DNA of 64,000 nucleotides from Macrostomum lignano (Eukaryota): NCBI GenBank assembly GCA_002269645.1, contig NIVC01003285.1, positions 1 to 64,000 of the forward strand, read 5' to 3'. Shown piece by piece: positions 21,225 to 32,700 of this stretch (position 1 is its first letter; each line of letters starts with the position of its first letter). The notes under the pieces were generated by a model. It saw only the letters and a program-made list of their open reading frames with translations, ran no database searches and was not told where the DNA came from. The position numbers and the translations under genes were made by a program.

Positions 21225-21570
21225 TAAAATCCCACATAGAACTTCCATACATACCATACCCGGAAGTCCCGCACACCCCTTACCGGAAGTCCCCGCACAT
21301 CCCACACCGGAAGTACCACACATCCCATACCGGAAGTCCACTCACATCCCATACCGGAAGTCCCGCACATTCCATACCGGAAGTCCCCGCACATTCCATA
21401 CCGGAAGTCCCGCACATTCCACACCGGAAGTTCCACACATCCCATACCGGAAGTTCCACACATCCCATACCGGAAGTTCCACACATCCCATACCGGAAGT
21501 CCCACACATTCCATACCGGACGTCCCACACATCCCACACCGGAAGTTCCACACAACCCACACCGGAAGTC
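21225..21570. repeat. About 23-bp minisatellite (CCCATACCGGAAGTTCCACACAT)
   Basis: About 15 units between the innexin and ASPDH 3' ends. Confidence 0.92.
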
Positions 21571-21600
21571 TGCACAGCCTGTCCCTGCGGCGCCGCCAGC

Positions 21601-22446
21601 TCAGCAGGAGCGCACAGCGGGTCGCCTCCGAGCGCCGGCCGCCCTGAGCACACTGGCAAGAAAAGATCGAAAAGTGGCGCCACCAGTGACGGCGCCGGGC
21701 GCCGCCGGGTTAAACCGGCGCGTACAGACCCGGAACCCGTCGGGTCCCTCGGCTTCGACTTCGACCAGGTGCGCCTCCGGCATGCCGGGATCGGCACGCA
21801 GCCGCCCGACGACGCCGTCAAAGCCCAGGTTGGTGGCGCAGACTGCGGCGGCGGCCATGGTGTTGACGTTGTTGGGCGCCAGCGGGCAGAGGCTGCGGAC
21901 CGGGCCCTCGTACAGCACAGTCGGTCCTTCGGTGGCGGCGGCGGCCTCCTCGTTGCGACGTCGCATTTCCGGATCGGCGAACCGGAAGCTGTCAGGCCGC
22001 TTGGTCATTGTGACTTGGAGCGAGCGCAGGCCGCCGGACTCGGCCAGCCGCTCGATGTCCGGGCCGCCCCAGAGGGCTCCAGCAGGGACAAACAGTGTCC
22101 GGCCGGACGTCTCAGCGGCCGAGCGGAGCTTCGCTTCCAGCTGGGCGTCGGCCAGCGCAGTCGGCGAGCCCATCAGGTAGTCGGCGACGGCCAGGAAGTC
22201 GGCGCCGTGCCGCTGGGTGACGCACGGATGGGCGACCTCGACGATGAGGTCAGGCGACCGGCTGGCGAAGTCGGCGAGGTCGGCGAGCTCCAGGCCGGCC
22301 GGCAGGAGGTCGCGCAAGGCGTTGGTGCGAGTTCGATTCCACACGAAGGCCAGCTCGATGGCGGGCTGGGCAACGAGCTGCTCGAACAGGTACTGGCCCA
22401 GGTGGCCGAAGCCGACAAGGCCCACTCGGCGGGGTCGGTCAGCCAT
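21601..22446 (-). CDS. ASPDH: Aspartate dehydrogenase domain-containing protein
   Basis: RVGLVGFGHLG Rossmann motif, LIVEVAHP, GSPTALAD, GALWGGPDI, LCPLAPNNVNTMAAAA, NPAAPGAVTG. Single exon; the start could be at 22482. Confidence 0.9.
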   Translation of the reverse strand: MADRPRRVGLVGFGHLGQYLFEQLVAQPAIELAFVWNRTRTNALRDLLPAGLELADLADFASRSPDLIVEVAHPCVTQRHGADFLAVADYLMGSPTALADAQLEAKLRSAAETSGRTLFVPAGALWGGPDIERLAESGGLRSLQVTMTKRPDSFRFADPEMRRRNEEAAAATEGPTVLYEGPVRSLCPLAPNNVNTMAAAAVCATNLGFDGVVGRLRADPGMPEAHLVEVEAEGPDGFRVCTRRFNPAAPGAVTGGATFRSFLASVLRAAGARRRPAVRSC

Positions 22447-22789
22447 GCAGTGTTCATAGCGATCGTTTTTTGAGGACAACAAAAATCATCAAGACAACTG
22501 CAGGCTACTGACTACTTATTTGTAATGTACGCGAGTAGTTATGCTGCAAATTAGAGCAATTTACTACGTAATAATCGCCACTTAATCTAGATGTACTCGT
22601 ATATAGCTGCTGCAGCTAAACAATATATATTACTGCAAGTAGTTGTGCATACTACTGGTACGTATGTACACTGCGAGACAGCAATTTTATTCGCAATATT
22701 TTGTTTCATTCTTAATACTCGTAAACTAGTTCTTAGATTCAATATTCTCGCTAGAGTAATAAGATTAAAAGTACGAAATTGAATGACGT

Positions 22790-23450
22790 GGAGGGCGATT
22801 CTCCAGTGGGTTGGAGGGCGATTCTCTAGTTGGTTGGAGGGCGTGGGCGATTCTCCAGTGGGTTGGAGGGCGTGGGCGATTCTCCAGTGGGTTGGAGGGC
22901 GATTCTCCAGTGGGTTGGAGGGCGATTCTCAAGTGGATTGGAGGGCGATTCTCCAGTGGGTTGGAGGGCGATTCTCTAGTAGGTTGGAGGGCGTGGGCGA
23001 TTCTCCAGTTGGTTGGAGGGCGATTCTCCAGTGGATTGGAGGGCGATTCTCTAGTGGATTGGAGGGCGATTCTCTAGTAGGTTGGAGGGCGTGGGCGATT
23101 CTCCAGTTGGTTGGAGGGCGATTCTCTAGTTGGTTGGAGGGCGATTCTCCAGTTGGTTGGGGGCGATTCTCCAGTGGGTTGGAGGGCGATTCTCCAGTGG
23201 GTTGGAGGGCGATTCTCAAGTGGATTGGAGGGCGATTCTCCAGTGGATTGGAGGGCGATTCTCAAGTGGATTGGAGGGCGATTCTCCAGTGGGTTGGAGG
23301 GCGATTCTCTAGTGGGTTGGAGGGCGATTCTCCAGTTGGTTGGGGGGCGATTCTCCAGTTGGTTGGAGGGCGATTCTCAAGTGGATTGGAGGGCGTGGGC
23401 GATTCTCCAGTTGGTTGGGGGCGATTATCCAGTTGGTTGGAGGGCGATGA
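22790..23450. repeat. 23-bp minisatellite (GGGCGATTCTCCAGTGGGTTGGA)
   Basis: Visible tandem units. Confidence 0.93.
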
Positions 23451-24466
23451 GTTTCTGCATTGATTTGGACTGCAACAAATGCAATGACTAGAAGGAAATT
23501 TTTAGCGAGTCTACAATGAGCAATGAGCAAGTCTCCAGGCACTCAGTTAGCAGAAGGAAGCGGTTTGCCGATAGTCAAAATCACGTGACTAGGACAAGGC
23601 GTCCTTTTCATCGCACAGGTAATACGCGCGCACAAAAACAATATATTTGGTCATACATTTTAATAGCAGTATAATTAGTGAATTTTAACGTCCATGCGTA
23701 CCTTCAATTTGGTACGAATTGAGACTGAGTCTGTCTATTAACGCGTACGTTACTTAATGCTTGAAGTAGATCTATGCGACATAGCAACATTAAATTTGAC
23801 GGCAACGCAAAAACATACAAAATTATGAGATTACAATAAAATCTAAGCGGGCAGGAATGAGGCCACGACAGGCAAGAAGAGATGAGCCTGACTAAGGGTT
23901 GGGGCTTTGGAATTTCAGCGAAATATAACAATGCTGTTATAAACTTTTAGCGTTTTAGAACTTTTAGTACAGCACTACAGTACCCTATGGATGTACCGGT
24001 ATAAGTAAAATAGCTTTTTATGTAAAACTACAATAACTTCAAATCAAAACAATCATAGTTTTAATCTAAAAGTACACTAGCTTTAATCTAAAAGTACACT
24101 AGCTTCATTTTAAAAGTACACTAGCTTCAATCAAAAAGTACATAAGTTTTAATTTAAGAGTACACTAGCTTTAATCTAGCAGTAAATTTGTTTCAATTTT
24201 AAAGCACATTAATTTAAAAAAAAAGTACGCTATCTTTAATTTAGAAGTACATTAGCTTCAAATAAGAAGTACACTGGGTCCAATCTATAAGTACAATAGC
24301 TTAAAGATAAAAGTACAATAGCTTAAAGCTAAAAGTACACTGCATAAGTACTGTAGTATATTAGGTGGAATAGATGTATAGCAAACTCTTGTTACAACAC
24401 GCTCGTAGAAGCGGAAAACAGATGAACAAGTCTCTCACTGCACCAGCCAGTCCAGTTGAAGCCAGT

Positions 24467-26847
24467 TCAATAACCAATGAGATCTTTGATGGCGGCCAGG
24501 CAGCGGCGCTGATTGGGCAGGTAGAAATTCTCGAATATATGTGGAAACGGCGTGTCATGACCGGTTACTCGCCTCACTGGCGCCTCCAGATTGAGGAAGC
24601 AGTGCTCCTGCACCGAGGCGGCCAGCTCGGCGCCGAAACCACCGGTCAGCGGCGCCTCGTGCGCGATCAGACAGCGGCCGGTTTTGCACACAGACGCGTA
24701 CACGGTCTCCTCGTCGAATGGCAGGATGGTGCGCATGTCGATTAGTTCGCAGGAGACGCCGAGCTCGGATTGGGCTAAGCGGGCCACCTCCCGGAGCACA
24801 TGCACCTGCGCGACAGGCGGGAGGATAAAATAGGCCATAGCAACTGCGCGACAACGATATTGACTATACTTGACTATATTTTACTGGCAGAAGTCTTAGC
24901 AACCGTTTAGCAACAGCATAGTAACTGCATAGAAACCACAAAGCAACTGCATAGCAACTGAATAGCAACCAAATATCAACAACATAGCAACCAAATGGCA
25001 ACAGCATAGCAACCACATAGCAACTGCATAGCAACCACATAGCAACAGCATAGCAACCACATAGCAACTGCATAGTAACCATAATAGCAACGACATAGCA
25101 ACGGTGTAACAACCACATAGACGTAACTTAGGAACAGCATAGCAACCACATAGCAACTGCATAGCAACCACATAGCAACAGCATAGCAACAGCATAGCAA
25201 CAGCATAGCAACAGCATAGCAACAGCATAGCAACCACATAGCAACTGCATAGTAACCATATAGCAACGACATAGCAACGGTGTAACAACCACATAGACGT
25301 AACTTAGGAACAGCATAGCAACCGGACTAGAAGAGTAAACTAGAAAAATGATTATTTTAACACCAACCTGAGTCCCGTAGCCAATGAGGGTAACGTCGCT
25401 GCCTTCAATTAGCACTTCGGCTTTGCCAATGGGCAGCACGTAGCCATTGACTGGCACGTCTTCAACGGCCGATCTGTACAAAATTTTCGGCTCAAAATAA
25501 AAACACGGATCTGGATCGTTGATGCAGGCCAGCAGGAGGCCCTTAGCCTGGATTGGGCCGCGCGGTATCACCACCTTGATGCCGGGCAGGTGGGCGAAGA
25601 AGCCCTCGGGACTCTGGCTGTGGTACAGGGCGCCGTGACCAACAGCGCCTATTGGGGCCCGGACAGTGAGGGAGCCGCAGTTGAAATGATTCCCAGACCG
25701 GTACCGATACTTGGAGGCCTCGTTCGCAATCTGATCGAATGCCGGGAAGATGTAGTCTCCGAACTGGATCTCCGCCACCGTGGTGGCCCCGGCGACTGCG
25801 TGACCGATGGCGAATCCAACGATGCCCTGCGGAATTCGCCGGGTAAGGATGAGCAGCGGAGTAGGACTTGAGCAAGGAGTAGGGATATTTACTGATGGGA
25901 TAGGGAAGGCTGCTGCAAGGGTAGGAAAGGCAGTTGCTATGGTAGGCAAGACTGTTGCTAGGGTAGGGAAGGCTGTTGCTAGGGTGGGGGTCTGTTGCTA
26001 GGATGGAAGAGGCTGTTGCTAGGGTTGGAAAGGCAGTTGCTATGGTAGGCAAGACTATTGCTAGGGTTGGGGAAGTCTGTTGCTAGGATTGGGAAGGCTG
26101 TTGCTAGGGTGGAGAAGTCTGTTGCTAGGGTGGAGAAGGCTGTTGCTAGGGTGGAGAAGGCTGTTTCTAGGGTGGAGAAGGCTGTTGCTAGGGTGGAGAA
26201 GGCTGTTGCTAGGATGGAAGAGGCTGTTGCTAGGGTTGGAAAGGCAGTTGCTAGGATGGAAGAGGCTGTTGCTAGGGTTGGAAAGGCAGTTGCTAGGATG
26301 GAAGAGGCTGTTGCTAGGGTTGGAAAGGCAGTTGCTATGGTAGGCAAGACTATTGCTAGGGTTGGGGAAGTCTGTTGCTAGGATTGGGAAGGCTGTTGCT
26401 AGGGTGGAGAAGGCTGTTGCTAGGGTGGAAAAGGCTGTTGCTAGGGTGGAAAAGGCTGTTGCTATGATGGTTATTGAAGTCTAGAGGAAAACCACACGAA
26501 CAGCTCACCTGTTCACTAAGTGGGGTATTAAACACCCTGTCCTTGCCATATTTGTCCTTTAAGCCAACTGTGCAGCGAAACACGCCGCCAAAGGCGACAT
26601 CCTCGCCAAACACCACAGCGGACGGATCGTTAGCCAGCGTGTTGTCCAGAGCCGAGGTGACGGCCTGGAACAGGTTCATCCGGCTGGTCTCGCCCAAGGA
26701 TTTGTCAGCGGATTCGGGGGTGTACACGAACTGAGGGCCGAAGGACAGGCGGCGATGGCTGAAGCTGGCGGCATCGAGACAGACAGGGCCGAGTCTGGCG
26801 GCCAGCGACCGGCAGCTGCCGCCGAGCAGCAAAGACGCGATGGGCAG
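24467..26847 (-). CDS. BCKDHB: Branched-chain alpha-keto acid dehydrogenase E1 beta subunit
   Basis: Exons 26847-26509 ([23 protein letters not shown]), 25826-25368 ([36 protein letters not shown]) and 24805-24467 ([30 protein letters not shown]). The source of the start codon is unresolved. Confidence 0.95.
24900..25320. repeat. About 10-bp repeat (CATAGCAAC), BCKDHB intron
   Basis: Visible tandem units. Confidence 0.9.
25900..26465. repeat. 21-bp minisatellite (GCTGTTGCTAGGGTGGAGAAG), BCKDHB intron
   Basis: Visible tandem units. Confidence 0.92.
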
Positions 26848-27009
26848 CTGCAAGGTGGGGGGGGGTTACACCAGGTAGTTGCACGCCATGTGTCTGAGCA
26901 GCTTTGGATATAATAATCATCTCTTATGACTCCTCACAGCTATTGTTGCCCATATCATATCCATTTTTTACTGAAACCTGTCATTGCCGGCCGCTCTAAA
27001 ACCAAGGCT

Positions 27010-28140
27010 ACTATTGCCATTGTCACTCCAGATTGCTGCCATTGTCACTCCTGATCGCTGTCATTGTCACTCCTGATCGCTGTCATTGTCACTGAAAAAT
27101 CACTGCCATGGTCACTCCTGATCGCTGTCATCGTCACTCCAAAATCACTGCCATTGTCACTCCAAAATCACTGCAATTTTCACTCCAGATCGGTGCCATT
27201 GTCACTCCAAAATCACTGCAATTTTCACTCCAGATCGGTGCCATTGTCACTCCAAAATCACTGCAATTTTCACTCCAGATCGCTGCCATTGTCACTGAAA
27301 AATCACTGCCATGGTCACTCCTGATCGCTGTCATCGTCACTCCAAAATCACTGCCATTGTCACTCCAAAATCACAGCAATTTTCACTCCAGATCGCTGCC
27401 ATTGTCACTCCAAAATCACTGCAATTTTCACTCCAGATCGCTGCCATTGTTACTGAAAACTCACTGCAATTTTCACTCCAGATCGCTGCCATTGTCACTC
27501 CAAAATCACTGCAATTTTCACTCCAGATCGCTGCCATTGTCACTGAAAAATCACTGCCATGGTCACTCCTGATCGCTGTCATCGTCACTCCAAAATCACT
27601 GCCATTGTCACTCCAAAATCACAGAAATTTTCACTCCAGATCGCTGCCATTGTTACTGAAAAATCACTGCCATTGTCACTTTAAAATCACTACCACTGTC
27701 ACTCTAAGGTCACTGCCATTGTCACTCCAAAATCACTGCAATTTCACTCCAGATCGCTGCCATTGTCACTGAAAAATCAATGCCATTGTCACTCCAAAAT
27801 CACTGCAATTTCACTCCAGATCGCTGCCATTGTCACTGAAAAATCGATGCCATTGTCACTCCAGATCGCTGCCATTGTCACTCCAAAATCACTGCCATTG
27901 TCACTCCAAAATCACTGCCATTGTCACTCCAAAATCACTGCCATTTTCACTCCAAAATCACTGTCATTGTCACTCCAAAATCACTGCCATTGTCACTCCA
28001 AAATCACTGCCATTGTCACTCTAAGGTCACTGCCATTGTCACTCCAAAATCACTACCACTGTTACTCCAAGGTCACTGCCATTGTCACTCCAACTTCAGT
28101 AAATCTTTACTCCAAATGTGTTTATATTCACTGAAAAATC
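27010..28140. repeat. Complex ~23-bp minisatellite (CACTCCAAAATCACTGCCATTGT)
   Basis: 1.1 kb with higher-order variants. Confidence 0.92.
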
Positions 28141-28894
28141 ACAACTATAGCGCCACAAATATCGCTAAAGTCCAATATCTGCAGCTAGAGTATCAAACTA
28201 TCCAATTGAATAACTGCTCAACAAAAGCAAATAAGAAACTCAATGACTACCGGTACTCAATTGGTACTCAACTCCAACAAAAAAATCCAATTTATTTTAA
28301 AAAAAGTTTAACAGACACTTTTTATCTAACAAAAATATACACTATTGAATATATAGCGACAGAAAATACTTATATATAATTATATCTAACAGCAACGCTA
28401 CTAGCCATAATGTATTGCAATAATAACCGTTGGCGTTAACCAAATGCATCCACAAGTCGGAGTGAGCCAGCTCGATCGATTACCCTAATTGAGGCACTAC
28501 CCGAAAGCAAAATTAAGCAAATTATAAAAGCAGAAAAAAATGCACTACTCATTATAATATAGCAGAAGTAGCTTATCCTAATAGTAGTGCATGTAATACA
28601 GGCTCAGTACACAGTAGCGACGATAAAGGAGAGAGAGAGAGAGAGAGAGATAGAGAGAGAGAGACATCAGGGAGCTACAGTACTGAAGGATTACAGACAG
28701 CATAAGATTAATCGATATCAATCGATATTTTCTCACCGGACACACTACTGAGGAATGCAGTATTACATATAGTGCATGCATATTAAGAGAAACAATTCAA
28801 AACATCAATTAACTGTTTGACGCTGAGGTTGAGGTTAGGGGATTAAAATGGTTAATTGGAATCTGAAATCTAATCCCTATATAGATTGAATTCT

Positions 28895-29720
28895 GAGACA
28901 CTGATCCCAAATTGGAGATATTTTAAGACACTGATCCCATATTGGGGATATTTTTTGAGACACTGATCCCATATTGGGGATATTTTAAGACACTGATCCC
29001 ATATTGGGTATATTTTTTTGAGACACTGATCCCATATTGGGGATATTTTAAGACACTGATCCCATACTGGAGATATTTTGAGACACTGATCTCATATTGG
29101 GGATATTTTGAGACACTGATCCCATATTGGGGATATTTTGAGACACTGATCCCATATTGGGGATATTTTTTGAGACACTGATCCCATATTGGGGATATTT
29201 TAAGACACTGATCCCATATTGGGTATATTTTTTGAGACACTGATCCCATATTGGGGATATTTTAAGACACTGATCCCATACTGGAGATATTTTGAGACAC
29301 TGATCTCATATTGGGGATATTTTGAGACACTGATCCCATATTAAGGATATTTTGAGACACTGATCCCATATTGGGGATATTTTTTGAGACACTGATCCCA
29401 TACTGGGGATATTTTTTGAGACACTGATCCCATATTGGGGATATTTTAAGACACTGATCCCATATTGGGTATATTTTTTGAGACACTGATCCCATATTGG
29501 GGATATTTTAAGACACTGATCCCATACTGGAGATATTTTGAGACACTGATCTCATATTGGGGATATTTTGAGACACTGATCCCATATTGGGGATATTTTG
29601 AGACACTGATCCCATATTGGGGATATTTTTTGAGACACTGATCCCATACTGGGGATATTTTGAGACACTGATACCTTATTGGGATATTTTAAGACACTAA
29701 TCCCATATTGGGAGATTTCC
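28895..29720. repeat. About 30-bp minisatellite (GAGACACTGATCCCATATTGGGGATATTTT)
   Basis: Visible tandem units just 3' of IPO9. Confidence 0.93.
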
Positions 29721-29786
29721 AGACACTGGCCTGAATGGGATAATTTTCCAACACCCTTCAAGAAAATACTGAGCAGTCTGAAGCCT

Positions 29787-32700
29787 TCAGTCAAGCTGAA
29801 TGCCCAGGCAGGTGCGCAAGGCCTTCTTCTCCATGGGGTTGTGATGCTGGGCAAAGCTCGCATAGAACGGCTGCTGCGCCAGCCGGGTGAGAAAGTCGGC
29901 CAGATGCTGGCGCAAGTCGACTCTGTTCACCGGATCAGCGGCCACGTCAGGATCGTCGTCCTCGTCGTCGAGACCTTCGCAGAAGTCGTCATTGACTCCA
30001 TCATCAGCGCAGCGGCTGGAGGCCAACATCAGCTGCTGGAAGAAGTCGCCGCCGCGACGCTCGCTGACATCATCGTCATCGGCTGCTTCGGCATCTTCCC
30101 CGTCGCCCTCAACATCGTTGCCTTCGTCGCCATCGTCGTCGTCGTCGTCGTCAGCTTCGTCAACAAGGCCGGCTGCGGCTGCGGCGCTGCGCTCGGCCGC
30201 TGCCTCGGTGAGCTCGGCCTGGTGGCTCAGCTCATTGATAAGCAGCTTATAGATCTTCACTACGGCCGGGATCTGCTTGAACTCCTGCTTGCCGGCCCGC
30301 CGGGTGGAGCGCTGGCCCGTGTCCACCTGGACGGCGAGGCAATGTTTATTAATTTAATTCTATGCCGCTAATTTCTAATATTTAATTCCCATCCTGTTGG
30401 TTGATTCTCAACTCTCGCATGTGCACTGCATTTTCGATCCTTACATCTCTTTCTTTCTCTGATCCCTACATCTCCTCCCTTCTCAGATCCCTAAATCTTC
30501 TCCCTTCTCCGACCGCTACATCTTCTCCCTTCCCAGATCCCTACATCTCCTCTTTTCTTTGATCCCTACATCTCCTCCCTTCCCAGATCTCTACATCTCC
30601 TTCCTTCTTCAATCCCTACATCTACTCCCTACTTCGATTCCTACATCTCCTCTTTTCTCGGATCCCTAAATCTCCTCCCTACTCCGACCACTACATCTCT
30701 TCCCTTCTTCGATCCCTACATCTCCTTCTTTCTTCGATCCCTAAATCTCCTCCCTTCTCCAATGCCTACATTTCCCTTCTCTGATCCCTACACCTTCTTC
30801 CCTGGTCATAACGTTTTGCTTTTTCTAATGACTAAATATCCAATCTTCTCATCTCATATCCCTACATCTCTATACTTTGCAAATTTCCCAGATAGCCCCC
30901 AGACTCACCGGGTCGCCATCCAGCATGACAGTCTGCAGCGCGGGGTTGTCAGTCTTGATGCAATAGTCCAACAGGGCGGTCAGGGCCATCACAGTCACCC
31001 TAAGCTGATAGGCTCCAAAGAACAGGTGCTGACGCGATAGCCAACATTTGAGCAGCTGCTCAAGAGCCGGACGGCCCCGAGAGTCGGGCGTGACGGACAA
31101 GAAGCTGACAAAATGATCGGGATGATGCAGGCAGAGCTGGCTGAACACCAGGATGACGCTCTGTGCTACAGTCAGAGTCTCGGTAGCCAGCAGTTTGCTC
31201 AGGCAGGCCCGCAGGATCAGGTCCAGCTGACCGCCGGGGGCCAGATCGCCGCTAAGCCGGGAAAAAATGACGCACACCAGCATGCCGACCTCGGAGCTGG
31301 CCGCCTCGGGAGCCTGATTGTCCAACAGTTTCAGCAGGCAGGCCACTAGAAGGTCCAGACCGGTGGCCTGGCTGTGCGGATCGCGGTACTGCCTGACCAG
31401 GTCGGAGGCCACGGAGACCAGAGCTCGAAGGCATTCACCGGTGTTCTGCAGTACGGCGCTATCGTCGCTGCACCTGGCTACCTGGCACACCAGTGGCAGT
31501 GCGGAGCTCACTAGCTCGGCCGGGCAGCCGCCGTCGCCGCAGCCGCGTATCAGCACCTTCAGCACGTCGATGGCGATGGCCGTCAGCGGGCCGACATCCG
31601 GCTTCGCCGCTCCGGCTGACGAATCAGAGGCGGCATCCTAGGGAAGGGGGGTTTAATCTTTTTTTCAGGTGTTGTGGACATGGCGGCGGATCAAAGGAGG
31701 ATCGAGAAGATGGCGGCAGATCAAAGAAGGATCGGGAAGATGGCGGCGGATCAAAGGAGGATCGGGAAGATGGCGGCGGATCAAACGAAGGTCAGGATTT
31801 AGGAAGATGGCGGCGGATCAAACGAAGGTCAGGATTCAGGAAGATGGCGGCGGATCAAAGGAGGATCGGGAAGATGGCGGCAGATCAAAGGAGGATCGGG
31901 AAGATGGCGGCAGATCAAAGGAGGATCGGGAAGATGGCGGCAGATCAAAGGAGGATCGGGAAGATGGCGGTGGATCAAAGGAGGATCGGGAAGATGGCGG
32001 CGGATCAAACGAAGGTCAGGATTTAGGAAGATGGCGGCGGATCAAACGAAGGTCAGGATTTAGGAAGATGGCGGCGGATCAAACGAAGGTCAGGATTCAG
32101 GAAGATGGCGGCGGATCAAAGGAGGATCGGGAAGATAGCGGCGGATCAAAGGAGGATCGGGAAGATAGCGGCGGATCAAAGCACTGAGGACTCACAGCAG
32201 TGGGCTCCTCCTTCTGTCGCACGTAGGTCTGCAAAATGCTGCACATTGGCGGCAGCAGCCGCTCTCGCAAGGCATCCCTACAAGCCGGATTTCCGGCCAG
32301 CTGGGTGAACACGTCCAAGCAGAGGTCGACCAGCACAGGATCGGAGTAGAACTTCAACAGCATGGCCAGAGCCAGAGGGCCCAGTTGGCCCTCAAATCCG
32401 GCCGTAATCCGAGGATCGATGGGCAGAGCAAAGCAGAGGCTCTCCATGCAGAGGCATTTCACTTCATGGCCCTGGGTGAAGGCCAGAGAGGACAGGCCGT
32501 GGAACATCTGGGCCAGATGCGGCTTTAGCAGACTTTCCTGCAGGGTGTTGTTAAAAAACGAAGTAAATAAAGCAAGTAAACACGGCTCAGTAGCAACTAA
32601 AATGACTAAACCGTTGAAGACCAAGAAAGGTGAAAATTTACTTGAAAACTTTGTTAGAAATTCCAAAAACAGGATATTCCCAAACGTGGGAAATCGCAAA

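Noticed and set aside
23581-23590. GTCACGTGA E-box/CLEAR-like site upstream of ASPDH
   Set aside because: A single short motif 1.1 kb from the ATG is expected by chance.
26848-26871. 24-nt intron giving BCKDHB an MACNYL start
   Set aside because: It is implausibly short with a weak donor (GTGTAA). It is kept only as an alternative to the SL-AUG model.
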